DNA of 64,000 nucleotides, taken from an uncultured Chloroflexia bacterium. GTDB lineage: Bacteria > Chloroflexota > Limnocylindria > QHBO01. The position numbers were made by a program, and so were the translations under genes. Below are positions 30,089 through 39,891 of the stretch, piece by piece. Numbering within the stretch: position 1 is the stretch's first letter; every line of letters begins with the position of its first letter. The stretch spans positions 224,001 through 288,000 of the forward strand of contig CAWGTN010000002.1 of assembly GCA_963825525.1 (NCBI GenBank), given 5' to 3'. The notes beneath the pieces were generated by a model that did not search any database, had not been told where the DNA came from, and worked only from the letters and a program-made list of their open reading frames with translations.

Positions 30089-31195
30089 TCAGCGGCCGAA
30101 GATGCGCTCCAACTGAAGAATCGACGCGATGTACGGTCGGCTGATCGGGTAGACCCCGTGCCGGTCCGTCGCGCCCTGGCCCTGGTAGTAGGCGGCAAGC
30201 ACCAGCGACCGATCGCCGTCATAGCGATGCAGGTAGTGGGCAAGCAACCGAACGCCGGCACGCACGTTGTCGCGCACGTCGTTGATCTTCACCCGTTGAC
30301 CGAGCATCGCGGCACCGACCCACTCCGCGGTGCCGGGCATGAGCTGCATGACCCCGACGGCGCCGGCATGGCTCACGACGCCCTGCTGCCAACCTGACTC
30401 CTGCCACGCGACTGCAAGGGCGAATGCGGGACTCACCGCGTAGCGCTGCGCCTCCTCGACAATGATTCGACGCACGCCGTCGCGCCGGGCCACGAGGGCG
30501 GCCATCGATGCGGGCATGCTCGCCGATGCCGCGGCCGGAGCCGCCGGAACGGCCGGGGTGGCACCCGGGATGGTCAGCCGCTGGCCGGCGTAGATCCGGC
30601 TCGGGTTGCTGATGCCGTTTGCCTGGCTGATGGCGGCGATGGTGACGCTGTAGCGCCGCGCGATGCCGGTGAGATGCTCGCCCGATGCCACGACGTGGAC
30701 GCGGGCTGCGGCGGGCTTGGCCGGTGCGGCGGCCGCCGGCGCGGCCGGAACGGCCGGGGTGGCACCCGGGATGGTCAGCCGCTGGCCGGCGTAGATCCGG
30801 CTCGGGTTGCTGATGCCGTTTGCCTGGCTGATGGCGGCGATGGTGACGCTGTAGCGCCGCGCGATGCCGGTGAGATGCTCGCCCGATGCCACGACGTGGA
30901 CGCGGGCTGCGGCGGGCTTGGCCGGTGCGGCGGCCGCCGGCGCGGCCGGAGCGGCTGGAGCCAACGCCGTGCGCAGGCGCTGTCCGGGCATGATTCGGTT
31001 CGGATCGGCGAGGTGGTTGAGCTCAACCAGCGTGGCGACCGCGACCTTGGTTCGCTTCGAGATGGCGGTGAGCGTGTCACCGGGTCGGACAACGACCACC
31101 GGGTCTGCCGCCAGCGCGACGCCGACCGGCGTCGGACCGACAAGAAGGGAGACGGCGAGCGTGGAAAGTAGTGCAATCAGCCTGGGCCGGGGCAA
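30089..31195 (-). CDS. Secreted three-LysM plus SLT lytic transglycosylase
   Basis: Signal peptide, three LysM domains (V.PGDTL..I / VASGEHL..IA), SLT motifs AVAWQES, GVMQLMP and LAAY. TTG start 9 nt after GGAGG. Confidence 0.9.
   Translation of the reverse strand: MPRPRLIALLSTLAVSLLVGPTPVGVALAADPVVVVRPGDTLTAISKRTKVAVATLVELNHLADPNRIMPGQRLRTALAPAAPAAPAAAAPAKPAAARVHVVASGEHLTGIARRYSVTIAAISQANGISNPSRIYAGQRLTIPGATPAVPAAPAAAAPAKPAAARVHVVASGEHLTGIARRYSVTIAAISQANGISNPSRIYAGQRLTIPGATPAVPAAPAAASASMPASMAALVARRDGVRRIIVEEAQRYAVSPAFALAVAWQESGWQQGVVSHAGAVGVMQLMPGTAEWVGAAMLGQRVKINDVRDNVRAGVRLLAHYLHRYDGDRSLVLAAYYQGQGATDRHGVYPISRPYIASILQLERIFGR
30543..30950. repeat. Perfect tandem duplication with 201-nt period (LysM plus linker)
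   Basis: Copies starting at 30543 and 30744 look identical by eye. Confidence 0.92.
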
Positions 31196-31269
31196 TGTGT
31201 CGATCCTCCACCTGCGGTTCAAAGGACGTGCCGTCGATATCGGCGCAGCACGTCACACGATGCGGGCGG

Positions 31270-31297
31270 ATGCTAGGAGCGATTGCTGGAGGGTCAA
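31270..31297 (-). promoter_or_regulatory. Sigma70-type promoter for the LysM/SLT gene
   Basis: Minus strand TTGACC-N16-TAGCAT. Confidence 0.6.
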
Positions 31298-31394
31298 GGT
31301 ACCTGCGGATGGCGGGGGAGTACTTCGGTACCGTCGAGTGGGGTCCGGAGTGGAGGCTCGGCTGGATCCCCGGATCGGCGTTGACCCGGTGCTC

Positions 31395-31547
31395 TGATAT
31401 ACTCGTCGCCTCGCGCAGTCGCGCGGGAACCCCATCTCACACGCTCGACGGATCCCGCATGGTCCTCGGTGCCCGGGTGCAGCCCCGCTGCAGACGGGTG
31501 GATCGCCGGAGTCGATGTCGAGCGGAGGAACAACCGGAGGTATCACT
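31395..31547 (+). promoter_or_regulatory. rpsB promoter (TGnTATACT) and long 5' leader, probably the S2 autoregulatory element
   Basis: TGATATACT at 31395-31403, followed by an approximately 140-nt leader. Long structured rpsB leaders are widespread. Confidence 0.5.
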
Positions 31548-32504
31548 TTGGCTGCCACCAGCATGAAGCAGCTGCTCGAGGCGGGAGTCCACTTCGGGCA
31601 TCAGACCCGCCGCTGGAATCCGAAGATGCGCGATTACATCTTCGGCGAGCGGAACGGCATTCACATCATCGATCTCGCCCAGACGGTATCTCGCCTGGAG
31701 CTCGCCCTCGAGTTCATCCGCGAGACGGTGCGCCGCGGCGACAGCGTGCTCTTCGTCGGGACGAAGAAGCAGGCCCAGGACGCGCTCTCCGACGCGGCGA
31801 CACGTTCGGGTCAGCACTTCGTCAACACGCGCTGGCTCGGCGGGATGCTCACGAACTTCACCACCATCAAGCGTCGGATCCAGCGCCTCGAGGCATTGGA
31901 GGCGAGGCGCGATGCCGGCGAGTTCGAGCGCCTCACGAAGAAGGAGGCCTCCAAGCTCACCGAGGAGATCAACAAGCTCAATGCGGTGCTCGGCGGCATC
32001 CGGAAGATGCGACGCCTGCCGGGAGCGATCTTCATCGTCGATCCGCACCGAGAGGAGATCGCGGTCGCGGAAGCCCGCCGCCTCGAGATCCCGATCGTGG
32101 CGATGACCGATACCAACTGCGACCCGGACCTCATCGACTGGGTGATTCCGGCCAACGACGATGCGATTCGCTCCGTGCGGCTGATCTGCGCGCTGGTGGC
32201 CGATGCGGCCAGCGTCGCCCAGCAGGAGCGCCAGGCGAAGCTCGACGAGGAGTTCGAGCAGGCCGAGGCGCTGCCGCCAGTGGACGACACGGCCCTCGGA
32301 TCGGAAGCCGATTACACCGCGGCCCTCGCCACCGGCGAAGCCCTGGTATTCGAGCCCGAGCCGGAGGACGACGAGGAGGAGGAGCGCAAGGCTCGCGCCC
32401 GCCGTGCCGCCCACATCGAGGAGGGCGAGCCGGAGCACAACCCCGATCGTGAGCACGAGCGCCAGATCGACGAGCACCTCAAGGAAAAGGAGCCCCGCCC
32501 GTAG
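31548..32504 (+). CDS. rpsB: 30S ribosomal protein S2 with acidic C-terminal tail
   Basis: [39 protein letters not shown]; TTG start after GGAGG. Confidence 0.98.
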   Translation: MAATSMKQLLEAGVHFGHQTRRWNPKMRDYIFGERNGIHIIDLAQTVSRLELALEFIRETVRRGDSVLFVGTKKQAQDALSDAATRSGQHFVNTRWLGGMLTNFTTIKRRIQRLEALEARRDAGEFERLTKKEASKLTEEINKLNAVLGGIRKMRRLPGAIFIVDPHREEIAVAEARRLEIPIVAMTDTNCDPDLIDWVIPANDDAIRSVRLICALVADAASVAQQERQAKLDEEFEQAEALPPVDDTALGSEADYTAALATGEALVFEPEPEDDEEEERKARARRAAHIEEGEPEHNPDREHERQIDEHLKEKEPRP

Positions 32505-32520
32505 TCGGCGGGGGAAGGAC

Positions 32521-33153
32521 ATGACGAACACATTGACGATCAAGCCCGAGGACGTGAAGCGCCTGCGCGAGCAGACCGGCGCCGGAATCATGGACTGCAA
32601 GCGCGCGCTCGAAGCATCCGCGGGCGACTACGAGAAGGCGGCCGTGTTCCTTCGCGAGAAGGGCCTGTCGACCGCAGCCAAGAAGGCCGGACGCGCCGCT
32701 CGCGAGGGCATCGTGACCAGCTACATCCACCACGGGTCCCGCCTCGGCGTGCTCCTTGAGCTCAACTGCGAGACGGACTTCGTCGCGCGGACCGACGACT
32801 TCCAGCAGCTCGCGCGCGAGATCGCGATGCAGGTCGCGGGCATGGCGCCGCTCTATGTGAGCCGCGATGACGTGCCGGCCGAGATCATGGACGAGCAGAA
32901 GCGGCTCTTCGCCGTTGATGCCGAGCGGGATGGCCGTCCGGCCGATCGGGTGCCGATGATCGTGGAGGGCAAGCTCAACAAGTGGCTCGAGTCGGTGTGC
33001 CTGCTCGATCAACCCTACCGGGACACGGATCGCAAGATCGGCGATCTCATCACCGAGAAGGTCGCCCTCCTCGGCGAGAACATCAAGGTTGCCCGATTCG
33101 TCCGGATGGGCGTGGGTGAGACTGCCCTGCCCGACACCGAGGAGGCCGCCTGA
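32521..33153 (+). CDS. tsf: Elongation factor Ts (short form)
   Basis: [30 protein letters not shown]...RF. Confidence 0.97.
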   Translation: MTNTLTIKPEDVKRLREQTGAGIMDCKRALEASAGDYEKAAVFLREKGLSTAAKKAGRAAREGIVTSYIHHGSRLGVLLELNCETDFVARTDDFQQLAREIAMQVAGMAPLYVSRDDVPAEIMDEQKRLFAVDAERDGRPADRVPMIVEGKLNKWLESVCLLDQPYRDTDRKIGDLITEKVALLGENIKVARFVRMGVGETALPDTEEAA

Positions 33154-33155
33154 CG

Positions 33156-33893
33156 GTGCCTTCATCGGCCGCCGCTTCGACACCGTCCCGGCGTCGGGTC
33201 CTGCTGAAGCTGTCCGGTGAAGCGCTGATGGGCGAGCACGACTACGGGATCGACCCGGAGGTGGTTCGGGCGATTGCCGCCCAGGTGGCGGCCGGAAAGC
33301 AGGACGGCACCGAGATCGCGGTGGTGGTCGGCGGTGGAAACATCTTCCGCGGCCTGGCGGCAAGCGCTCGGGGCATGGACCGCTCGACGGGCGACTACAT
33401 GGGGATGCTGGCGACCGTCATGAATGGGCTGGCCATCCAGGACGCCCTCGAGCAGGCTCAGTGCCCAACGCGGGTCATGAGCGCCATCGCCATGAACGAG
33501 ATCTGCGAGCCCTACATTCGGCGCCGCGCGGAGCGCCATCTCGAAAAGGGACGCGTGGTGGTCATGGTCGCCGGGACGGGCAATCCATACTTCACGACGG
33601 ACACGGCGGCGACGCTCCGAGCGGTCGAGGTCCACGCCCAGGTGATCCTGAAGGCGACACGCGTCGACGGGGTGTACGATGCCGACCCCGAGAAGCATCC
33701 CGAAGCACAGCGGTACAGCCAGATCGGCTACACCGATCTGTTGAGCAATCGACTTCAGGCGCTGGATGCGACCGCGGTGAGCCTGGCCATGGACAACGAC
33801 ATGCCGATCGTTGTGTTCGACATGACCGTCCCTGGCAATATCACGCGGGCGATTGCCGGCGAACGAATTGGCACGCTGATCTCAGGAGAGTGA
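33156..33893 (+). CDS. pyrH: Uridylate kinase
   Basis: [32 protein letters not shown]. Confidence 0.97.
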   Translation: MPSSAAASTPSRRRVLLKLSGEALMGEHDYGIDPEVVRAIAAQVAAGKQDGTEIAVVVGGGNIFRGLAASARGMDRSTGDYMGMLATVMNGLAIQDALEQAQCPTRVMSAIAMNEICEPYIRRRAERHLEKGRVVVMVAGTGNPYFTTDTAATLRAVEVHAQVILKATRVDGVYDADPEKHPEAQRYSQIGYTDLLSNRLQALDATAVSLAMDNDMPIVVFDMTVPGNITRAIAGERIGTLISGE

Positions 33894-33897
33894 ACCG

Positions 33898-34455
33898 ATG
33901 ACGCATGCGGCGCTGATCGCGATCGAACCCAAGATGCAGCGGGCCATCGAGGCCATGGAGCGCGACTTTGCCGGGATCCGGACCGGACGGGCGTCGACCG
34001 CGCTCGTCGAACGGATCACGGTCGACTACTACGGGGCCCAGACCCCGCTGAACCAGGTCGCCGGGATCAGCACCCCGGACGCCCACCTCATCGTCATCCA
34101 GCCGTGGGATCGATCGGTGCTGTCCGCGATCGAGAAGGCCATCACCAAGAGCGACATCGGGCTCACCCCGAATGTCGATGGCACGGTGGTGCGCCTCAAC
34201 GTTCCGCCGCTGACCGAGGACCGACGCAAGGACATGGTCAAGCAGGTCCGCCGTCGGGCGGAGGAAGCGCGTGTCGAGGTGCGCAACCATCGACGCGAGG
34301 CAGCCGACGAGCTCAAGAAGGCCCTCCGCGACGGCGACGTCTCGGAAGACGAGGAGCACCGGGAGCTGGACGGCCTGCAGAAGCTCACCGATCGGCACGT
34401 CGAGGTCATCGACGCGCGTGCCGAGCGCAAGGAAGCCGAGATCCTGGAGGTCTGA
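33898..34455 (+). CDS. frr: Ribosome recycling factor
   Basis: IRTGRAS, YYG..TPL, PPLTEDRRK. Confidence 0.97.
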   Translation: MTHAALIAIEPKMQRAIEAMERDFAGIRTGRASTALVERITVDYYGAQTPLNQVAGISTPDAHLIVIQPWDRSVLSAIEKAITKSDIGLTPNVDGTVVRLNVPPLTEDRRKDMVKQVRRRAEEARVEVRNHRREAADELKKALRDGDVSEDEEHRELDGLQKLTDRHVEVIDARAERKEAEILEV

Positions 34456-34458
34456 CCG

Positions 34459-35151
34459 GTGCCGGACGAGGTCCGACCCCGGCACGTCGCCATCATTGCC
34501 GACGGGAATCGTCGATGGGCGCGCGAGCGCGGCCTGCCGGTGCTGGCCGGGCACATCCAGGGCGTGGAGGCCATCCGGCCGATCGTCCGACGGGCGCGTG
34601 ATCGCGGCGTCGAGACCCTGTCGGTCTACACATTCAGCACCGAGAACTGGGCCCGTCCCGAGGATGAGGTGACCGGCCTGTTCGGCCTCATCGATGGCGC
34701 CGTGCGCCAATACACCGACGAGCTGATCGAGGAGGGCGTGCGCGTCCGTGTCATCGGCCGACTACACGAGGCCCCGGCGGACGTCCAGCGGTCCATCCTC
34801 GCGGCCCAGGACCGGACAGCCGTGGGTTCCCGGCTGACGCTCAACATCTGCTTCAACTACTCGGGGCGTGCCGAGATCGTGGATGCCGCTCGCGCGATGC
34901 TCGCGGCGGGGGTGGATCCCCAGGGGATCGACGAGGATCATTTCGCCTCGCACCTGTACACGACGGGCCAGGCCGATGTCGACCTGATCATTCGGACCGG
35001 CGGGGATCAGCGGACAAGCAACTTCCTCCTCTGGCAGGCGGCATACGCCGAGCTCGTGTTCAGCTCGAAGTTCTGGCCGGACTTCACGGACGACGACTTC
35101 GATGCGGCACTCGACGACTATGTGCGGCGCGACCGCCGATTCGGAGGCTGA
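34459..35151 (+). CDS. uppS: Undecaprenyl diphosphate synthase
   Basis: HVAII.DGNRRWA, FSTENW.R, RTGG..R.SNFLLWQ. Confidence 0.96.
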   Translation: MPDEVRPRHVAIIADGNRRWARERGLPVLAGHIQGVEAIRPIVRRARDRGVETLSVYTFSTENWARPEDEVTGLFGLIDGAVRQYTDELIEEGVRVRVIGRLHEAPADVQRSILAAQDRTAVGSRLTLNICFNYSGRAEIVDAARAMLAAGVDPQGIDEDHFASHLYTTGQADVDLIIRTGGDQRTSNFLLWQAAYAELVFSSKFWPDFTDDDFDAALDDYVRRDRRFGG

Positions 35152-35154
35152 CCG

Positions 35155-36054
35155 ATGCTTCGAACCCGCCTTCTCACCGCGGCCGTGCTGGCCCCGATCA
35201 TCCTGGCCATCGTGCTGCTGGGCGAGCCGTGGCTATCGCTGCTGATCGGGCTGGCCGCATTCCTCGCCTTTGTCGAGCTCGTCGGCCTGCTGGATGCGGC
35301 GGGTTACCAACCGCCACAGGTGCTGACCCTGGTGGGGGGCATGGCGCTCGTGGCCGCGGGGCTGGTGACCACCAACGCCGCGAGCATGGGCGGGGGCATC
35401 GACTTCCTCATCGGCGCGCTTGATCCACCCGGGCTGGTCGCCGCGACGATGGCGGCGGCAGTGCTCCTGCTCTCGCTTGCCTCCTTCACCCGCGGCGACC
35501 CCAGGGCCGGATTCGTGACCTGGTCGGTGACGTCGTTCGGTGTGGCCTACATCGGACTGCTCCTGCCGACCATCGTGCTCGTGGCGCATCTCGCGCCGCC
35601 CGGTGCGACTGCCGGCTCACCGGTCGGACCGCTCGGGATCTCGTCCGGCCCTGCCTGGGGCCTGATGCTGCTGCTCGTCGTGTGGGGCTATGACACCGGG
35701 GCGTATCTCACCGGCCGCTGGCTGGGACGCCGACGGATGCTCGACCACATCAGCCCCTCGAAGACGATGGAAGGCCTTGCCGGGGGGCTGATCGTCGCCA
35801 CCCTCGGGGCTGGAGTCGGGGCGTTTCTGCTGGGGCTCGATCCGTGGCATCCGCTGGTCATCGGCCCCCTCGTCGGCCTGGCCGCACAAGCCGGCGACCT
35901 GGCTGAGTCGATGCTCAAGCGTGCGGCAGGACGCAAGGAATCCGGCTTCCTGGTTCCCGGGCACGGCGGGATCCTCGATCGCGTGGACTCCTTCCTGTTC
36001 GCGGCCCCGGTCCTGGCGGCGTACGCCCTGTTGGCTGTCGGACGCGTCGTATGA
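35155..36054 (+). CDS. cdsA: Phosphatidate cytidylyltransferase
   Basis: DTGAY..G, SPSKT.EG, GDL.ES.LKR, PGHGGILDR.DS. Confidence 0.94.
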   Translation: MLRTRLLTAAVLAPIILAIVLLGEPWLSLLIGLAAFLAFVELVGLLDAAGYQPPQVLTLVGGMALVAAGLVTTNAASMGGGIDFLIGALDPPGLVAATMAAAVLLLSLASFTRGDPRAGFVTWSVTSFGVAYIGLLLPTIVLVAHLAPPGATAGSPVGPLGISSGPAWGLMLLLVVWGYDTGAYLTGRWLGRRRMLDHISPSKTMEGLAGGLIVATLGAGVGAFLLGLDPWHPLVIGPLVGLAAQAGDLAESMLKRAAGRKESGFLVPGHGGILDRVDSFLFAAPVLAAYALLAVGRVV

Positions 36055-37199
36055 CCGGCGTTGCGGTCCTCGGGTCGACCGGTTCGATCGGTACCCAAAC
36101 GCTCGAGGTGCTTGCCGCCCATCCGGATCGGTTCGAGCTTCGCGGCCTCGCGTCCGGTCGCGGCGGTGAGACGATCGAGCAGCAGCTCGGCGCGTGGCCG
36201 TCGGCTCGGTGGTGGTGTGGGGACGAGAGCGCGCGCCGACTGGCACCGGATCGCTGGTCCGACGGGGGACTGGAGGAGCTGGCGACGGGTGATGACGTTG
36301 AGCTGGTGGTGGTCGCCACCACGGGCATGGCGGCCCTCCCTGCGGTCCTCGCCGCACTGCGCACCGGGCGGCGCGTGGCCCTCGCCAACAAGGAGACCCT
36401 GATCACCGGAGGCCACCTGGTGGCGGCCGAGCTCGGCGCGTCGGACGACGACCCACTGGACCGCCTTCGACCCATCGACAGCGAGCACTCGGCCATCTGG
36501 CAATGCCTGGTTGGGGAACGGATCGAAGAGGTCCGGCGTCTGGTGCTGACCGCCAGCGGAGGTCCATTCCGCGACCGAGATCCGAAGGCCCTCGCCACGG
36601 TCGGCCCGGCCGAGGCCCTGGCACACCCCACCTGGCGGATGGGTCCGAAGATCACCGTCGACTCCGCGACCCTCGTCAACAAGGCGTTCGAGGTCATCGA
36701 GGCCAAATGGCTGTATCGGCTCCCGTACCCTAAGATCGATGCCGTGATCCACCCGCAGAGCATCGTCCACTCCCTCGTCGAGTTCGTGGACGGCTCCTTC
36801 AAGGCACAGCTCGGGATGCCCGACATGCGCCTGCCAATCCAGTACGCGCTGACGTATCCGGCTCGGCTGCCGTCTCCGGCACGGAGCTCGCAACCGGCCG
36901 ATTGGGAACGAATCGACTTCGCTCCGCTTCGTCCAGCTGCCTATCCCGCATACGATGTCGTCCGCGCCGCAGCGGAGGCGGGAGGCAACCGTGGAACCGT
37001 GCTGAATGCCGCAGACGAGGTGGCTGTCAAGGCCTTCCTCGACGGACGGATCGCATTTCCGGCCATCGCCGAGACGATCGCATCGGCCATCGAGCGCTGG
37101 GGCGCGCCGGATGAGCCCGACCTGGCCTCCATCGTTGAGCTCGACAGCGAGGTCCGCTCTCAGCTCACGGTCGACCTGAACGCAGAGACGCCGGCGTGA
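36051..37199 (+). CDS. dxr: 1-deoxy-D-xylulose 5-phosphate reductoisomerase
   Basis: LGSTGSIG, LANKE, PIDSEHSAI, HPTW.MG.KIT.DSAT. Confidence 0.96.
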   Translation: MTGVAVLGSTGSIGTQTLEVLAAHPDRFELRGLASGRGGETIEQQLGAWPSARWWCGDESARRLAPDRWSDGGLEELATGDDVELVVVATTGMAALPAVLAALRTGRRVALANKETLITGGHLVAAELGASDDDPLDRLRPIDSEHSAIWQCLVGERIEEVRRLVLTASGGPFRDRDPKALATVGPAEALAHPTWRMGPKITVDSATLVNKAFEVIEAKWLYRLPYPKIDAVIHPQSIVHSLVEFVDGSFKAQLGMPDMRLPIQYALTYPARLPSPARSSQPADWERIDFAPLRPAAYPAYDVVRAAAEAGGNRGTVLNAADEVAVKAFLDGRIAFPAIAETIASAIERWGAPDEPDLASIVELDSEVRSQLTVDLNAETPA

Positions 37200-38326
37200 T
37201 CGAGATCATCGGCACGATCGCCGCCTTCCTTGGGGTGCTCGTCGTCCTCGTGCTCGTCCACGAGCTCGGCCACTTCGTCGTGGCGAAGCGCGCCGGCATC
37301 ACGGTCCAGGAATTCGGGATCGGCTTCCCGCCACGCGTCGGGTCGGTCATGTGGCACGGGACCCGGTACAGCCTCAACTGGATCCCGCTCGGGGGCTTCG
37401 TGAAGATGCTCGGCGAGGACGGGGATGTCGAGGTGCGCCGCCTGCGAGAACAGGGCATGACCTCGACCGAGGTCGAGCAGGCCATGGCGGGAGCATTCAA
37501 TCGCAAGCCCCTGTGGATCCGCATCGGCGTGCTGTTGGCCGGCGTTGTCATGAACTTCGTGCTGGCAGCGGGGTTGTTCGCGATCGCGCTCAGCCTGCCC
37601 ATCCCGCTGGGCCACGGCCCACTGACCGTGATCAGCGTGCAGGACAGCAGCCCGGCCCAGGGCCGCCTCGAGATAGATGACGTCATCACCGCCGCCGATG
37701 GACGCACCTTCGAGCGATCGGCCGACCTGACCGAGTACGTGGCAAGCAGGGCGGGCTTCGTCGTCGACCTCACGGTGATCCGCGACGACGCGGAGCTCGA
37801 GGTCTCGCTCATCCCGCGATCGGTGAGCCAGGAGGATCGGCAGCGTGGCATCGGGCCGGTCGGATTCTCGTACGAGCCTGAACGGCTGGTCGACGAGCCG
37901 TCCACGGTCACCGGGCCTCTCGACGCCATCGGGCGCGGGACGTCCGCAGCCGCGACCCTGGCGGCCCAGATTCCCGGCGGCCTGGCGAGCGCGGTTGGCG
38001 GGCTCATCGGCCTCAACCCCGATGGTGGGGACGCACTCGGACCCATCGGCATCGCGCAGGAGACCGGGCGCGTGCTGCAGGCACCGCTGGTGAGCCAGCT
38101 CCTCTTCGTCGGTGTCCTCTCGATCAACCTGGCGGTGCTCAACGTGCTGCCGTTCCCGCCGCTGGACGGTGGGCGAATCATGGTCGTGGTGCTGGAAGCG
38201 GCTCGCCGTCGACGCCTGCCGGCCGAGCGCGAAGCACTCATCTACCTCACCGGCTTCGCCGTCCTGCTGGCCCTCGTCATCCTGATCAGCATCCAGGATA
38301 TCCAGCGCCTCGTCACGGGCGGCTGA
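37196..38326 (+). CDS. rseP: M50 intramembrane metalloprotease with PDZ domain (RseP/RasP)
   Basis: HELGH, PLGGFV, NVLPFPPLDGG. Confidence 0.93.
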   Translation: MIEIIGTIAAFLGVLVVLVLVHELGHFVVAKRAGITVQEFGIGFPPRVGSVMWHGTRYSLNWIPLGGFVKMLGEDGDVEVRRLREQGMTSTEVEQAMAGAFNRKPLWIRIGVLLAGVVMNFVLAAGLFAIALSLPIPLGHGPLTVISVQDSSPAQGRLEIDDVITAADGRTFERSADLTEYVASRAGFVVDLTVIRDDAELEVSLIPRSVSQEDRQRGIGPVGFSYEPERLVDEPSTVTGPLDAIGRGTSAAATLAAQIPGGLASAVGGLIGLNPDGGDALGPIGIAQETGRVLQAPLVSQLLFVGVLSINLAVLNVLPFPPLDGGRIMVVVLEAARRRRLPAEREALIYLTGFAVLLALVILISIQDIQRLVTGG

Positions 38327-38422
38327 GCGAGCCCGCGGGTGCGGGAAATTGGGTGATCGGGTATACTCCGGGACGGTTCGACCGACCATTCGACGAACCA
38401 CAATATTGAACTGAGTAACGAG

Positions 38423-38457
38423 GACGTGGGTCGGTTCGCCATCCCACGTCTTTGTTT
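38423..38457 (+). terminator. Leader terminator/attenuator upstream of nusA
   Basis: GACGTGGG-N12-CCCACGTC-TTTGTTT, downstream of TATACT (38362-38367). Confidence 0.75.
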
Positions 38458-38486
38458 GTCCGGCGACCGGGGAGCGAGGAGCGGCC

Positions 38487-39635
38487 ATGAATCGAGACTT
38501 CATCGGGGCACTGCTCCAGCTGAACGCCGAGAAGGGTGTCCCGCAGGAGATCCTGATCCGTACCCTCGAACAGGCGATCGAGTCGGCATATCGCCGAAAT
38601 GCCGATGCGCCCGAGAACGTCGTCGTCACCGTCAATCCGGAGACGGGAGAGATCAGTGTCGCCCGTGAGTACGAGGTGATGGCCACGCCGGAGGAGATCG
38701 AGGATCCGGAGGCCCAGATGTTCGTGGCCGATGCCCAGAAGATCGACCCGGCGACCGGCGTCGGCGCCAAGGTGCGCATCCCTGAGAACGTGACCCAGGC
38801 CCAGCTCGGACGGATCGCCGCACAGACCGCGGGCCAGGTCTACCGCCAGCGGCTGCGCGAGGCGCAGCGGGACGTCGTGTTCCAGCAATACGCGTCGCGC
38901 GAGGGCGAGATCATGACCGGCACCGTGCAGCGCACGACCGAGTCCGCCGTTGTGCTCGACATGGGCAAGGACGTCGAGGCGGTGCTTGCCGTGACCGAGC
39001 AGCTCCCGAGCGAGACATATCGGATCGGCCAGCACCTCAAGGTCTACGTCATGGAGGTACGCCGAACGACCCGTGGTCCGGTCATCGTGGCCAGTCGCAC
39101 GCATCGCGGGTTCCTGCGCCGCCTGATGGAGATGGAGATCCCCGAAATCTACAACGGTACCGTCGTGATCCGAGGCATCGCGCGAGAGGCGGGAAGTCGC
39201 TCGAAGGTGGCCGTCGAGAGCCGACAGCAGGGCGTCGACGCCAAGGGGGCGGCGGTCGGTCAGCGAGGGGCCCGGATCCAGTCGATCGTGGCCGAGCTGA
39301 ACGGCGAGAAGGTCGATATCGTTCTGTGGGACGAGGACGCGGGCCGCTTCGTGGCGGAGGCATTGAGCCCTGCGGAAGTGCTGAGCGTCCGCGTGGACGA
39401 AGAGCACAAGATCGCGAACGTCATCGTGCCCGAGCGACAGCTCAGCCTCGCCATCGGCAAGGAGGGCCAGAATGCCCGACTCGCGGCGAAGCTGACGGGC
39501 TGGCGTATCGACATTCGGTCCGAGACTGGAGTGGCGAGCGCGGCTGCCGGCAGCGAGCACCCCGGAGAGGATGGGGAGCACGAGGTCCACGAGCCACTCG
39601 AGGAGGCAGCCGTCGATGCCGAAGCGGCGACCTGA
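38487..39635 (+). CDS. nusA: Transcription termination/antitermination factor NusA
   Basis: GRIAAQTA, S1 domain, [29 protein letters not shown]. Confidence 0.97.
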   Translation: MNRDFIGALLQLNAEKGVPQEILIRTLEQAIESAYRRNADAPENVVVTVNPETGEISVAREYEVMATPEEIEDPEAQMFVADAQKIDPATGVGAKVRIPENVTQAQLGRIAAQTAGQVYRQRLREAQRDVVFQQYASREGEIMTGTVQRTTESAVVLDMGKDVEAVLAVTEQLPSETYRIGQHLKVYVMEVRRTTRGPVIVASRTHRGFLRRLMEMEIPEIYNGTVVIRGIAREAGSRSKVAVESRQQGVDAKGAAVGQRGARIQSIVAELNGEKVDIVLWDEDAGRFVAEALSPAEVLSVRVDEEHKIANVIVPERQLSLAIGKEGQNARLAAKLTGWRIDIRSETGVASAAAGSEHPGEDGEHEVHEPLEEAAVDAEAAT

Positions 39636-39891
39636 TCACGTCCCGACCCGGACGTGCGCCGTCTGCCGCCAGTCGCATCCGAAGCGCGACATGACGCGTG
39701 TCGTGCGCGCACTCGACGGAAGCATCAACCGCGACGACACCGGCCGCGCGCCGGGGCGCGGAACGTACATCTGCCAGGACCCGGCCTGCCGCGACAACGA
39801 GCGCAGCGCGGCCGCCGTGAAGCGAGCGCTCGGGAGCGAGCCAGCGCCCGGAACGCTCGACATCAAGGGAGCACCACATGCCACCACGTAG
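39616..39891 (+). CDS. ylxR: YlxR/RnpM family RNA-binding protein
   Basis: P.RTC..CR, GRGTY.C; AGGAGG at 39601. Confidence 0.9.
   Translation: MPKRRPDHVPTRTCAVCRQSHPKRDMTRVVRALDGSINRDDTGRAPGRGTYICQDPACRDNERSAAAVKRALGSEPAPGTLDIKGAPHATT

Noticed and set aside
31230-31245. Sigma28-like GCCGATA box upstream of the LysM gene
   Set aside because: No matching -35 element at the right spacing; it lies within a hairpin downstream of a good sigma70 promoter.
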